From contig CAZFJP010000014.1 of assembly GCA_964518965.1 (NCBI GenBank), forward strand, positions 1-62,047: DNA of 62,047 nucleotides, read 5' to 3'. Of the stretch, positions 27,413 through 36,464 are shown in pieces (position 1 is the stretch's first letter; every line of letters begins with the position of its first letter). The notes below the pieces were generated by a model. The model was not told where the DNA came from. It made no database searches and was given only the letters and a program-made list of their open reading frames with translations. Source of the stretch: an uncultured Candidatus Saccharibacteria bacterium. Its GTDB lineage: Bacteria > Patescibacteriota > SOKK01. A program made the position numbers and the translations under genes.

Positions 27413-28903
27413 ATGAAAAATAGTAATTCTCAAAAAATCCGTGTCCGCTTTGCTCCCTCGCCTACTGGTTTTATGCATCTAGGTGGGCTCCGTACGGCTT
27501 TGTATAATTACCTTTTTGCCCGTCAAAATAAAGGTGTTTTTGTTTTACGTATTGAAGATACTGATCGCTCTCGTTTAGTCAAAGGTGCCACGAAACAAAT
27601 TATCCAAACAATGCATTGGGCGGGGATTGATTATGATGAAGGTCCCGAGAAAGATGGTAATTTTGGTCCCTACGTTCAATCTGAACGGCTGGATGTTTAT
27701 AAAAAGTATGCAGAGGAATTAGTGGAGAGAGGGAAAGCATATTATTGTTTCTGTGACCCGGTGAGGTTGAAAACTGTAAAGGAAGCGCAAATTGCGGCGG
27801 GCAAGCCAAGTAAGTACGATCGTCACTGCCGGGATTTAAAATGGGAAGAAGTAGTGGAAAAATTGAAAAAGAAACCGCATGTTGTTCGTTTGAAAGTTCC
27901 TGATCATCGATTGATTAAATTCAAGGATATTGTTCGGGGTAAGGTGGCTGTTAATAGCGACGATCTTGATGATCAAATATTACTAAAATCTGATGGTTAT
28001 CCTACCTATCATCTAGCAAATGTTGTTGATGATTATTTGATGAAAATTACTCATGTTATTCGAGGAGAAGAATGGTTACCTTCTACTCCTAAGCATGTTT
28101 TACTTTACGAAGCGTTTGGTTGGAAGTTGCCGGAATTTGCTCATTTGCCGCTACTTTTGAACCATGACAAAAGTAAATTAAGTAAGCGTGATTGTTGTGT
28201 CGCGGTAGAAGATTATATAAAACAGGGCTACTTGCCGGAAGCGATGATAAACTTCATTGCTTTACTCGGCTGGAATCCCGGTGGTGAGAATGAAATCTTC
28301 TCGTTGGATGAATTGATTAAGAAGTTTGATTTAACAAAAGTAAATAAAGCGGGAGCGGTGTTTGATTTGGAAAAGTTAAACTGGATTAATGGCAAATATA
28401 TTCGCGAAATGAAATTAGAAGATCTTGCTCATGAGTGTAAACCTTATTTGGAAAGTTATTTGAAAAAAATTGAATCAGAGATTGATAAAAGTTTAGTTAA
28501 TGATCAATATTCCAAAGCGGTCGTAAAATTGTTGCAGGAAAGATTAAATAAAATTTCTGATGTAACCAAAGGTATTGATTATTTCTTCTTGAAGGAGTTA
28601 AATTACAATCCAAAATTGTTGGTTTTTAAGAGAAGTGACCAAGAGAAAACCTTGCTGGGATTACAAAAATCACTAGAGGTATTAGAGAAGCTTTTTGATG
28701 AACAATGGAATCAAGAAGCACTTAATGATATTTTGAGAAAAGTTTGTGAAGTGAATGGTTTAAAGCCTGGCGATGTCTTCTGGCCAATCCGCGTCGCATT
28801 ATCCGGTGCCGAAGCATCACCAAGTCCTGCGGAGTTGTTGGAAGTTTTTGGGAAGGAAAGAAGTTTAGCGAGAATTAAGAAAGCGATTGAGAAATTAAAG
28901 TAG
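27413..28903 (+). CDS. gltX: Glutamate--tRNA ligase
   Basis: 496 aa. RFAPSPTGFMHLGG (HIGH) and KLSKR (KMSKS). Confidence 0.95.
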   Translation: MKNSNSQKIRVRFAPSPTGFMHLGGLRTALYNYLFARQNKGVFVLRIEDTDRSRLVKGATKQIIQTMHWAGIDYDEGPEKDGNFGPYVQSERLDVYKKYAEELVERGKAYYCFCDPVRLKTVKEAQIAAGKPSKYDRHCRDLKWEEVVEKLKKKPHVVRLKVPDHRLIKFKDIVRGKVAVNSDDLDDQILLKSDGYPTYHLANVVDDYLMKITHVIRGEEWLPSTPKHVLLYEAFGWKLPEFAHLPLLLNHDKSKLSKRDCCVAVEDYIKQGYLPEAMINFIALLGWNPGGENEIFSLDELIKKFDLTKVNKAGAVFDLEKLNWINGKYIREMKLEDLAHECKPYLESYLKKIESEIDKSLVNDQYSKAVVKLLQERLNKISDVTKGIDYFFLKELNYNPKLLVFKRSDQEKTLLGLQKSLEVLEKLFDEQWNQEALNDILRKVCEVNGLKPGDVFWPIRVALSGAEASPSPAELLEVFGKERSLARIKKAIEKLK

Positions 28904-28957
28904 TTTAAACTTTTACCTTGTTGATTTTTATCTTTTATGTTCTTTTACGTTTCCTGT

Positions 28958-29031
28958 TCGGGGATCGTCTAATGGTAGGACGCGAGATTCTGGCTCTCGT
29001 AATCTAGGTCCGAATCCTAGTCCCCGAGCCA
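28958..29031 (+). tRNA. tRNA-Gln (anticodon CTG), CCA encoded
   Basis: Acceptor tcgggga/tccccga (U1-A72). Anticodon stem cgaga/tctcg with loop ttCTGgc. T arm ctagg-tccgaat-cctag. Discriminator g plus cca. Confidence 0.85.
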
Positions 29032-29339
29032 CCCCCCGTAAATTTCATCATTGAAACATAATCAAAATGTTTTAGATTCAACCAGCAATCGGATTTGTCA
29101 CTTTTTTGATTAAGTCCTCATAATGAAATTTGTTGGGGTAGATTTATCCACAACTTCCTTGCAATTTCGTTTCAGAGATATTATAATAACAACAGTAAAT
29201 TAGATTCATTATCTGGGTATCTGGGTCTGGTTGGGGAATTGGTTGTGATTAAAAGTGTTGTTAGTTAAGTAAAATTTACATATAGTCTGATTATTTTGAT
29301 TAGACCTCTTATTACTAATCGTTTTTTAAAGGAGGATTT

Positions 29340-32300
29340 ATGCAAACCAAGCTGGTTCAAAAAACAAAAAAATTATTAGGGGTTTTGGCGATTATGGCAC
29401 TCATTTTGGGTGTCTTTTTTGTTATCGTCCCTCACGCTCGTGCTGCGAATACCTACTATGTCAATGGTAATACTGGTAATGACGCAAATAGCGGGTTAAC
29501 GTTGGCATTGGCAAAGAAGACAATCTCCAATGCAATCACCACTGCTTCAGCAGGTGATACGATTGTCGTTGTTGCTGCGACTTACAATGAAGATCTTGTC
29601 ATTGATAAAAAACTGACCATTACCGGTAAGCAAGCAGATGGTACTACTGATTCCTGGGTAGTCGGTACGGCTGGTGCAACTATTCCTGATTGTCCGGTTA
29701 TTACTTATGATGGCGCAAATTTGGAAATGATTAACTTTGCGGCTAATGAAATTGTCTTCAAAGGTTTTGAAATTGATACTGGTGGTGATGCCACTACGGG
29801 GGTTAAATTTGAACCGGCGGGAGCCTCTGTTTCTACCGCAGTCATCTCATATTGTAGTTTTTCCATGGATGCTACTCCTGACATTGGAATTACTGTTGAT
29901 AATGGTAAAACTCTCAATTATGGTACATTCACCTATAATTACTTTAACGGACCGAGCAATGGTGCTGCTGATTCATTTACCGTTGGTGCGGGCACGGATG
30001 AAACAGGTGATGGGGGAATTGTAAACGATATTACTTTCAGTAACAATGTGGTGAGGAAAGCTACCTCCAAATTATTACTAGATGGTGATATCGCAAATGT
30101 CGCTTATCGTAATAATACTTTTAGTCAAACTGCCGGCTGCATTAAGTTGGCTGAGCCAGTTAATCAAGCGGCCGCGAAATATACTACCTTAGTAGTTTCC
30201 GGTAATACCTTTAACAATGGTAGCTTAGACGAATACGCGGTTTATGTAGATGCTGATGTTGAGAACGCTGATGTGACAACAAGCTGGACCGCGGACCTGA
30301 AAGTGAATGATAACGCTATTTACATGGCTGCCGGTAATACTTACGAAACGGTTGCTTTTGAAACTGGTGTCGTTCGGACAACCTACATGGATGCAACTAA
30401 TAATTATTGGGGCAGTGATAATGGTCCGACTGCCGATGACAATACCTTTAATACGGCAAGCCAGGGTGCCGATGCTTCTCCTTATATTGACTTTACTCCA
30501 TGGAGAAAAACCTCTGCAAGCGGCACTTCGTTCTCTCCGGTAACTATCTTAACTACGGGTTATCCGAGCATTCAGTCAGCGATTACTGATGCCGCTGCTG
30601 GAAGTACTATCAATGTTGCCGCAGGAACTTTTAGTGAAGGGTTAACAATTAATAATAAAGAGTTGACCATTGACGGAGCAACCGCCGCGACCACCATTGT
30701 TCGTCCCGCAGAGGCAGATGTTACTGCAGATATTACTTATACCACTGGCGCGCCTCTTGATGTTCTGACTCTCAAGGATCTAACTCTTGATTCTGCTGCC
30801 ACAGCTGCGACTGACTACCCGGTTTCCATCGCCAATAACTCCAAATATATTACCATTCAGGATTGTATTATTGATTCTACTGGCGCGGCGGCGAAGGGAA
30901 TTAATGTTGCGGGTACTTCCGATCACTTAAATGTTGGTATTACAGACCATGGCAATACTTTCTCCTATGATACAACTGGTACCGATAGTGCGATTGATTT
31001 TAATCCACTTACTGTTAATTCAGTTGGCACTGATAATAATATTGAAGCGAATACCTTCAGTCCTGTAAGTGGTACTGCTCATCTTGCACTGAGGCTTGGT
31101 AATATTGATGGTCTTACAGTTAAGAATAACACCTTTAATAACGCTGCTCGCGTTGCTATCTATATCGGAGGTGGCGATGTTGATTCCACTAACTTGGAGG
31201 TTGTGGGGAACACTTTTGGGGATTCTGCTACGGAAGGTATCATCTTTATGCGTGAGGATGCTGATAGTGACGGTGGGTTAGCAAACATCAATATTCATGA
31301 TAATGATTTCAATAGTCGCAATGATGGCGTTTATTTCTACTGCGACACTGCTGATCCCGATCTTTCTCTCCAGGAGGAAAACATTCCTGGAACAGTCCTT
31401 GTTAATGAAAATAACTTCCATGCTTATGGTGCGGCGGAGAGTGCAATCAGAACTGGTGCGGCGGGATCTGATCTAGAAATTACCATTAATGCCACCAGTA
31501 ACTATTGGGGCAGTGCGAACGGGCCGGATGATGATAATAATCCTTACAATGTTGCTTCCCAGGGTGCGGATATCACCAATAATAGCGGCGCAACCTATAC
31601 TTATGTCCGCTGGTGGAAAACCGCCCCGACTGGTACGGTTGGCGCTTATACCGGTACCCTTTGGGCGCCGGTTTATAGCACACCCAATTACTACTGCTCA
31701 ATTCAAGCAGCAATTAATGCGGAAACCGCTGGTGATACTATTAATGTTATTGCCGGTGATTATAGTGAAGATTTGGATATTAGCAAACAACTTACCCTTG
31801 TCGGTAAGAAAGCAGACGGAATTACCGATGCCTGGACAACTGGAACATCAGGATTCAATGCCGGACCGAGTATTACTTACGACGGCGCGAATGCCGAAAT
31901 GATTAATTTCGGAGCTAACGGCATCGTGATGAGAGGATTTGAAATTGATACTACTGGTGCTGCTACACAAGGTATTAAGTTTGAACCAGGGAGTGGTACA
32001 GTCACTGGGGCAACGATTGAGTATAATTCTTTTGTGATGGATGGTACTAACACTGACCGTGGTATTTCCGTTGATGATGGTTATGTCGCAAACAACGTCA
32101 CGATTAGATACTGTGACTTCAACGGTCCAGTAGCTGGTACTAGTGACTGGTTCACGGTTGGCGCCGGTACTGCGGCTGCTGGTGATGGTGGTAGTGTGAG
32201 CAATACCAACCTTTCTTACAATACGGTCAGAGAAGCAACTTCCCAGTTGCAGCTAGACCGTGCAATTGCTGGTGTGACCTATGCTTATAACACCTTTGAC

Positions 32301-33593
32301 CAGACCAAAGGCGGAATCCTTTTGAGAGAGCCTAATAATAATGCCACTGGTAAGTTTAGCAATATTGATGTCATAAACAATGTTTTCAATAATGGTACCT
32401 TGGATGAATATGCCGTTTTGGCTGATGATGAAGTGGATGATGCTGATTTGCTGAACGGCAGTTGGGCGATTGATCTTCAGGTGAATAATAATGTGATTGA
32501 TACTTTAGGTACGAATACTTATCCAACAGGTTTTGAGGGTGGTGTTGCCCGCGGGAGTGAAATTGATGCTACTGGTAACTACTGGGGTTCCAGCTCTGGT
32601 CCTTATAATGTTACGTCTAACCCTGCTGGGGTTGGTGCTGAAGTCAGCGATTATGTAGATTACACTCCTTATGACATCTCTCGTGGCTGGTTAAAGAGTG
32701 GTAAGGCGGCAAGTAATGTTACTTTAGCGGTATTTGGTACCAAACTCTATCAGGCGAGGATTAAGCCGGGGACACTACTACTTTACACCCGCTCTACTTC
32801 TGATGGTATTACTTGGTCCGCTTGGGTTAATGGCGGTGCGGCGAAGGGCAGCGTGGCAATGACAACCTTTGGTTCCAAACTCTATCAAGCTAAGTGTGGT
32901 CCTAATAACTATCTCTATACTCGCTCCAGTAGCGACGGTACTACTTGGTCCGCTTGGGTTAGTGGCGGTACCTGTAAGAATACGGTTTCAATGCTTGTCT
33001 TTAATGGTAAACTTTATCAAGCTAAAAGGGCCTTAGATGATGGGTTCTATACGCGCTTTACCTCTGATGGTACTACTTGGTCCGCTTGGGCTAAGAGTGG
33101 TTCTACCATTGGAAGTATTACGATGGTTTCCTTTAATGGCAAAATCTATCAAATGAAACGTACTAGCGGCAATGGTGCTTACCTTCGTTCTTCCGCTGAT
33201 GGCACCACTTGGTCTGCTTGGACTAGCTGCGGATCAACCTTAGGCGAAGTAGCATTGACCAGTTTTAACGGGCGACTCTATCAGGCGAAGCGGGCTTCCG
33301 ATGGTAATTTGTACACTCGCTCTTCGGCTAATGGTACTAATTGGAATTCTTGGGTCAGCGGCGGGGCTACTGTGGGCAATGTCACAATGGTTTCCTTCAA
33401 CAGCCAGCTTTACCAGTTCAAACGCAAGAGTGGTAATACAGTTTACTTCCGCAGTTCCCTAAATGGTATTACTTGGTCTGATTGGATTGCTGAAACATCA
33501 GCTGTTTCTGACATTAGCGTAGCGGAATTTGGTAATGAGCTTTATCAAGCGCTTCGTGACGCTGATAATGATGTCTATGTAACGACATTCTAA
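29340..33593 (+). CDS. Giant secreted protein: three right-handed parallel beta-helix modules plus a C-terminal Asp-box (BNR) beta-propeller
   Basis: 1417 aa. RBS aaaggagg and a signal peptide. Three modules open with a ..A(S/A)AGDTI.V.AG.Y.E.L.I.. motif and close with an NYWGS..GP motif. Modules 1 and 3 are clear paralogues. About seven roughly 45-aa repeats contain S-x-D-G-T-T-W-S. Confidence 0.9.
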   Translation: MQTKLVQKTKKLLGVLAIMALILGVFFVIVPHARAANTYYVNGNTGNDANSGLTLALAKKTISNAITTASAGDTIVVVAATYNEDLVIDKKLTITGKQADGTTDSWVVGTAGATIPDCPVITYDGANLEMINFAANEIVFKGFEIDTGGDATTGVKFEPAGASVSTAVISYCSFSMDATPDIGITVDNGKTLNYGTFTYNYFNGPSNGAADSFTVGAGTDETGDGGIVNDITFSNNVVRKATSKLLLDGDIANVAYRNNTFSQTAGCIKLAEPVNQAAAKYTTLVVSGNTFNNGSLDEYAVYVDADVENADVTTSWTADLKVNDNAIYMAAGNTYETVAFETGVVRTTYMDATNNYWGSDNGPTADDNTFNTASQGADASPYIDFTPWRKTSASGTSFSPVTILTTGYPSIQSAITDAAAGSTINVAAGTFSEGLTINNKELTIDGATAATTIVRPAEADVTADITYTTGAPLDVLTLKDLTLDSAATAATDYPVSIANNSKYITIQDCIIDSTGAAAKGINVAGTSDHLNVGITDHGNTFSYDTTGTDSAIDFNPLTVNSVGTDNNIEANTFSPVSGTAHLALRLGNIDGLTVKNNTFNNAARVAIYIGGGDVDSTNLEVVGNTFGDSATEGIIFMREDADSDGGLANINIHDNDFNSRNDGVYFYCDTADPDLSLQEENIPGTVLVNENNFHAYGAAESAIRTGAAGSDLEITINATSNYWGSANGPDDDNNPYNVASQGADITNNSGATYTYVRWWKTAPTGTVGAYTGTLWAPVYSTPNYYCSIQAAINAETAGDTINVIAGDYSEDLDISKQLTLVGKKADGITDAWTTGTSGFNAGPSITYDGANAEMINFGANGIVMRGFEIDTTGAATQGIKFEPGSGTVTGATIEYNSFVMDGTNTDRGISVDDGYVANNVTIRYCDFNGPVAGTSDWFTVGAGTAAAGDGGSVSNTNLSYNTVREATSQLQLDRAIAGVTYAYNTFDQTKGGILLREPNNNATGKFSNIDVINNVFNNGTLDEYAVLADDEVDDADLLNGSWAIDLQVNNNVIDTLGTNTYPTGFEGGVARGSEIDATGNYWGSSSGPYNVTSNPAGVGAEVSDYVDYTPYDISRGWLKSGKAASNVTLAVFGTKLYQARIKPGTLLLYTRSTSDGITWSAWVNGGAAKGSVAMTTFGSKLYQAKCGPNNYLYTRSSSDGTTWSAWVSGGTCKNTVSMLVFNGKLYQAKRALDDGFYTRFTSDGTTWSAWAKSGSTIGSITMVSFNGKIYQMKRTSGNGAYLRSSADGTTWSAWTSCGSTLGEVALTSFNGRLYQAKRASDGNLYTRSSANGTNWNSWVSGGATVGNVTMVSFNSQLYQFKRKSGNTVYFRSSLNGITWSDWIAETSAVSDISVAEFGNELYQALRDADNDVYVTTF
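32690..33590 (+). repeat. About seven tandem 130-135 nt coding repeats (Asp-box blades)
   Basis: Repeated F(G/N)xKLYQAKR..LYTRSSxDGTTWSAW..GG. Near-exact approximately 25-nt DNA repeats (gatggtactacttggtccgcttggg) near 32935 and 33067. Confidence 0.85.
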
Positions 33594-33615
33594 GATTATC
33601 TGAACCTGAAATTCA

Positions 33616-33644
33616 AGACCTCGCCATAAAGGCGAGGTCTTTTG
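33616..33644 (+). terminator. Intrinsic terminator
   Basis: agacctcgcc-ataaa-ggcgaggtct followed by tttt. Confidence 0.85.
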
Positions 33645-33658
33645 ATTACCTAAAAAAC

Positions 33659-33686
33659 TTGCATTTTCCCCCATTATGTGTATACT
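33659..33686 (+). promoter_or_regulatory. Sigma70-like promoter (TTGCAT-N16-TATACT)
   Basis: -35 at 33659-33664 and -10 at 33681-33686. About 190 nt upstream of the RRM-protein ATG. Confidence 0.5.
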
Positions 33687-33877
33687 TATCCTGTAAGTAG
33701 GTTCTCAAGTAGTATTTTCTTTCCGGGCCTATTCCAAAAATAGGCCTTTATTAGTAAGTATTCGGGTAGGAAAAGAAATCAGACTACGTCCTTTCGGGGC
33801 TTCGTCTGACAGGCTATGCGAGATGGTAGAAGTCCTACCCTTTTATTAGTTAAGTTAAAAAGAAAGTTAAATCTAAA

Positions 33878-34168
33878 ATGAACAAAAAGCTTTATGTCGG
33901 TGGTCTTAATTATGACACTACCGAGGATGGTTTGAAGAAAGCTTTTGAAGCAGCAGGCAAAGTGGAATCGGCAACTGTGATTATGGATCGCATGAGCGGT
34001 CGTTCTCGCGGATTCGGTTTCGTAGAAATGTCTTCTGAAGAGGAAGCTAAAAAAGCAATTGAGATGTTTGATGGCAAAGAGTTAGATGGTCGTACTGTCA
34101 AAGTCAGTGAAGCGCGACCAATGCGTGAGCGTGGCGGTTTCGGCGGCGGTGGAAATAAGAGCTGGTAA
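33878..34168 (+). CDS. RRM-type RNA-binding protein with Gly-rich tail
   Basis: 96 aa. RNP-2 (KLYVGGL) and RNP-1 (RGFGFVEM) motifs. Confidence 0.92.
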   Translation: MNKKLYVGGLNYDTTEDGLKKAFEAAGKVESATVIMDRMSGRSRGFGFVEMSSEEEAKKAIEMFDGKELDGRTVKVSEARPMRERGGFGGGGNKSW

Positions 34169-34187
34169 TTTTTCTTACCATAAACAA

Positions 34188-34216
34188 AAAACTCATCCTT
34201 ACAGGAGGAGTTTTTT
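34188..34216 (+). terminator. Intrinsic terminator
   Basis: aaactcatcct-tac-aggaggagttt followed by tttt. Confidence 0.75.
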
Positions 34217-34297
34217 GTTTGGGAGGTTATCTGCTATAATAATAATGAAATATTATTTAATTTTTCCGCTAGAAGCGGATGAGAAAGGAGCAATCTA

Positions 34298-34516
34298 ATG
34301 TGCAAACTAAATGCTTTTGATTGGATTATGCTCATTGTGGTATTTATTGGTGGGATTAACTGGGGGATGGTCGGATTTTTTGATTTCAATCTAGTTAAGG
34401 CAATTTTCGGCGATATGACAGTGGCGGCAAGGATTGTCTACGCGGTAGTTGGGGTGGCATCGTTGTATCTTCTCCTGGCGTTGATTACGAAGTGTTCGTC
34501 TAAAAAAGAAATGTAG
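34298..34516 (+). CDS. DUF378 family small membrane protein
   Basis: 72 aa. GGINWGMVGFFDFNLV motif and two TM helices. Confidence 0.8.
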   Translation: MCKLNAFDWIMLIVVFIGGINWGMVGFFDFNLVKAIFGDMTVAARIVYAVVGVASLYLLLALITKCSSKKEM

Positions 34517-34547
34517 GATTATTGCAAGGATTTAATCCTGGAAATTC

Positions 34548-34575
34548 GTAGAGACGCACCATGGTGCGTCTCTAC
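34548..34575. repeat. Perfect 28-nt palindrome GTAGAGACGCACCATGGTGCGTCTCTAC
   Basis: Self-complementary over all 28 nt. Family members at 26632, 38990, 17501 and 15794. Confidence 0.9.
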
Positions 34576-34629
34576 ATTTTAAAACCATTTTTCGTTATAA
34601 TTAAATTGATGATTATCTAGATTAACGCA

Positions 34630-35373
34630 ATGACAAAAATTGTTTTGGCACTATTGGCAGCGTTCACTGTTAGTTTATTTTCCTTCATTGGCGCACTGAC
34701 CTTAGTGATTAAAGATAAGGTTTTTCAAAAAATCCTCTTCTTTTTAATTGCCCTTTCTGCCGGAGGACTAATTGGCGGCGCGTTTTTTCATTTGCTTCCT
34801 GAATCTCTGCAGGGTGTTTTCAGCTCTTTGACGATTTTTGGCTTCTGTATCGGAGGATTTCTGATATTCTTTTTGCTGGAACATTTTCTTTTTTGGCGTC
34901 ACTGCCACAAAGAAAAATGCGAAGTTCATCCTTTTTCCTACCTCAACCTGATCGGCGACAGCATTCATAATTTTTTAGATGGTGTGGTTATTGCTAGTGC
35001 ATTTCTTGTTGATATTAAATTGGGATTGGTTACAACACTAGCAATTGTTTTACATGAGATTCCGCAAGAGATTGGTGATTTTGGGGTTTTGATTTATGGG
35101 GGGTTTAAAAAGATAAAAGCGCTTTTCTTTAATTTTTTGGTAGGAGTTGTCGCAATTGGTGGTGTGATTGTAGGTTATTTTTTTCAAACTAGAATTGAGG
35201 GCGCAATTCCTTTGATTTTAGCATTTACCGCCGGAGGTTTCTTCTATATTGCCGCGGCTGATCTTATTCCTGAGATTAAATTGGAAAAACACTCTCTGCG
35301 CTCTCTCCTTGCGGTCATTATTTTTCTTATGGGAATTTTGTTTATGTTTAGTTTGCGATTTATACTGGAATAA
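34630..35373 (+). CDS. zupT: ZIP family divalent metal transporter
   Basis: 247 aa, polytopic. HNFLDG and HEIPQEIGDF signatures. Confidence 0.88.
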   Translation: MTKIVLALLAAFTVSLFSFIGALTLVIKDKVFQKILFFLIALSAGGLIGGAFFHLLPESLQGVFSSLTIFGFCIGGFLIFFLLEHFLFWRHCHKEKCEVHPFSYLNLIGDSIHNFLDGVVIASAFLVDIKLGLVTTLAIVLHEIPQEIGDFGVLIYGGFKKIKALFFNFLVGVVAIGGVIVGYFFQTRIEGAIPLILAFTAGGFFYIAAADLIPEIKLEKHSLRSLLAVIIFLMGILFMFSLRFILE

Positions 35374-35444
35374 TCTTGACTTTTCCTTTACTTTTCTTTT
35401 TAAATTGCTATAATTAAACTGTTCCAACTACAAACAGGGGGAGA

Positions 35445-35996
35445 ATGTTTGAAAGTTTTCGGTTAGAAAATATTTTTAACTGGTTAAGCAACAACGGCGT
35501 CCGGGTCCTGATTGTTTTAGTTGTTGCTTTTTTAATTGATTTACTCTCTCGCTTAGTTTTGGGCCGTGTAATAGCAAAACTGGTAGAGAGGACCAGATTT
35601 GTTGGAGAAAGTAAAACGGAGAGAATTCGCCGTGGCAAAACAGTACGTAATGTTTTTGAGAAAACAGTCACTACTGCAGTAATTATTTTAGCGATTGTGG
35701 TGGTTCTTCATGAGATTGGTTTGCCGGTTACTTCACTTTTAGTCGGTGCGGGGGTATTAGGCATTATCATTGGATTGGGAGCACAAAGTTTAATGAAGGA
35801 TTTGATTAATGGCATTTTTATTCTCATTGAAGATCAATATGACATTGGTGACGAGGTAGAGATTAAAGGGGTAGTAGGAAAAGTGAGGGAATTTAATTTA
35901 CGTCGCACGATTTTGACAAGCTTAGATGGAAAGATTGAATATATAATTCCCAATAGTAAGATTGATATTGTTTCAAATAAATCAAAGCTTGGTTAA
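35445..35996 (+). CDS. MscS-family mechanosensitive channel, short form
   Basis: 183 aa. TM helices then LIEDQYDIGDEVEI.G..GKV.EFNLRRT. Ends before the usual C-terminal domain. Confidence 0.75.
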   Translation: MFESFRLENIFNWLSNNGVRVLIVLVVAFLIDLLSRLVLGRVIAKLVERTRFVGESKTERIRRGKTVRNVFEKTVTTAVIILAIVVVLHEIGLPVTSLLVGAGVLGIIIGLGAQSLMKDLINGIFILIEDQYDIGDEVEIKGVVGKVREFNLRRTILTSLDGKIEYIIPNSKIDIVSNKSKLG

Positions 35997-36071
35997 AAAG
36001 AAGGGGCAGATATTTTTTATTTATTAATACTGCTGTAAGAAGATTTGCTTACAGTAAAAAAGGAGCTTTCA

Positions 36072-36464
36072 ATGACAAAACGTAAAAAGAAGAAAGCACG
36101 TCGCAAAAAGAAAGCGGCTCGTCGCAAGAAAAAAGTAACTCGTCGTAAAAAAAGAAAAGGCGGCGGGGGTGCTGGTCCGAAGAAAATTGCGGACAAATTG
36201 AAGAAGCAAGTGAAAGCAGTGGTAAAGAAAATGAAAGCGGCGAAGAAAAAACCGCAGGTACGCAAGGCATTAACGCAGGTGAAGAAGATGGAAAAGAGGA
36301 TGGATAAGAATATCAAAGCGTACAAGATAAGTTTGAGGAAAGCGAAAAATAAGCGAGTAATGAATAAGTATCGTGGTATGATTCGGGCGCAAATGTCTGG
36401 TAAAACTGCGGTAAAGAAAGCCAAGAAAGTTGCGAGTGCATTGTTGAGAAGAAAGAAGTTGTAG
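36072..36464 (+). CDS. Extremely basic Lys/Arg-rich protein (130 aa), unknown function
   Basis: RBS aaaggag 7 nt upstream of the ATG at 36072. MTKRKKKKARRKKKAARRKKKVTRRKKRKGGGG.., then a Lys-rich helical region. Confidence 0.6.
   Translation: MTKRKKKKARRKKKAARRKKKVTRRKKRKGGGGAGPKKIADKLKKQVKAVVKKMKAAKKKPQVRKALTQVKKMEKRMDKNIKAYKISLRKAKNKRVMNKYRGMIRAQMSGKTAVKKAKKVASALLRRKKL

Noticed and set aside
29737-31902. Alternative-frame ORFs inside the giant beta-helix gene (29737-30024, 30307-30543, 31096-31281, 31489-31902), and similar ORFs inside 51377-54811 (52221-52421, 52431-52640, 52950-53471)
   Set aside because: They are by-products of the Gly/Thr/Ala/Asn-rich codon bias of the main frame. Their products are Leu/Ile/Met-rich low-complexity sequence with no start context.
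28958-33877. tRNA-Gln-flanked genomic island carrying the giant beta-helix gene
   Set aside because: No integrase and no direct repeat of the tRNA 3' end were found downstream of the gene. Only the position and AT-rich flanks are suggestive, and these are noted in the finding on that gene.
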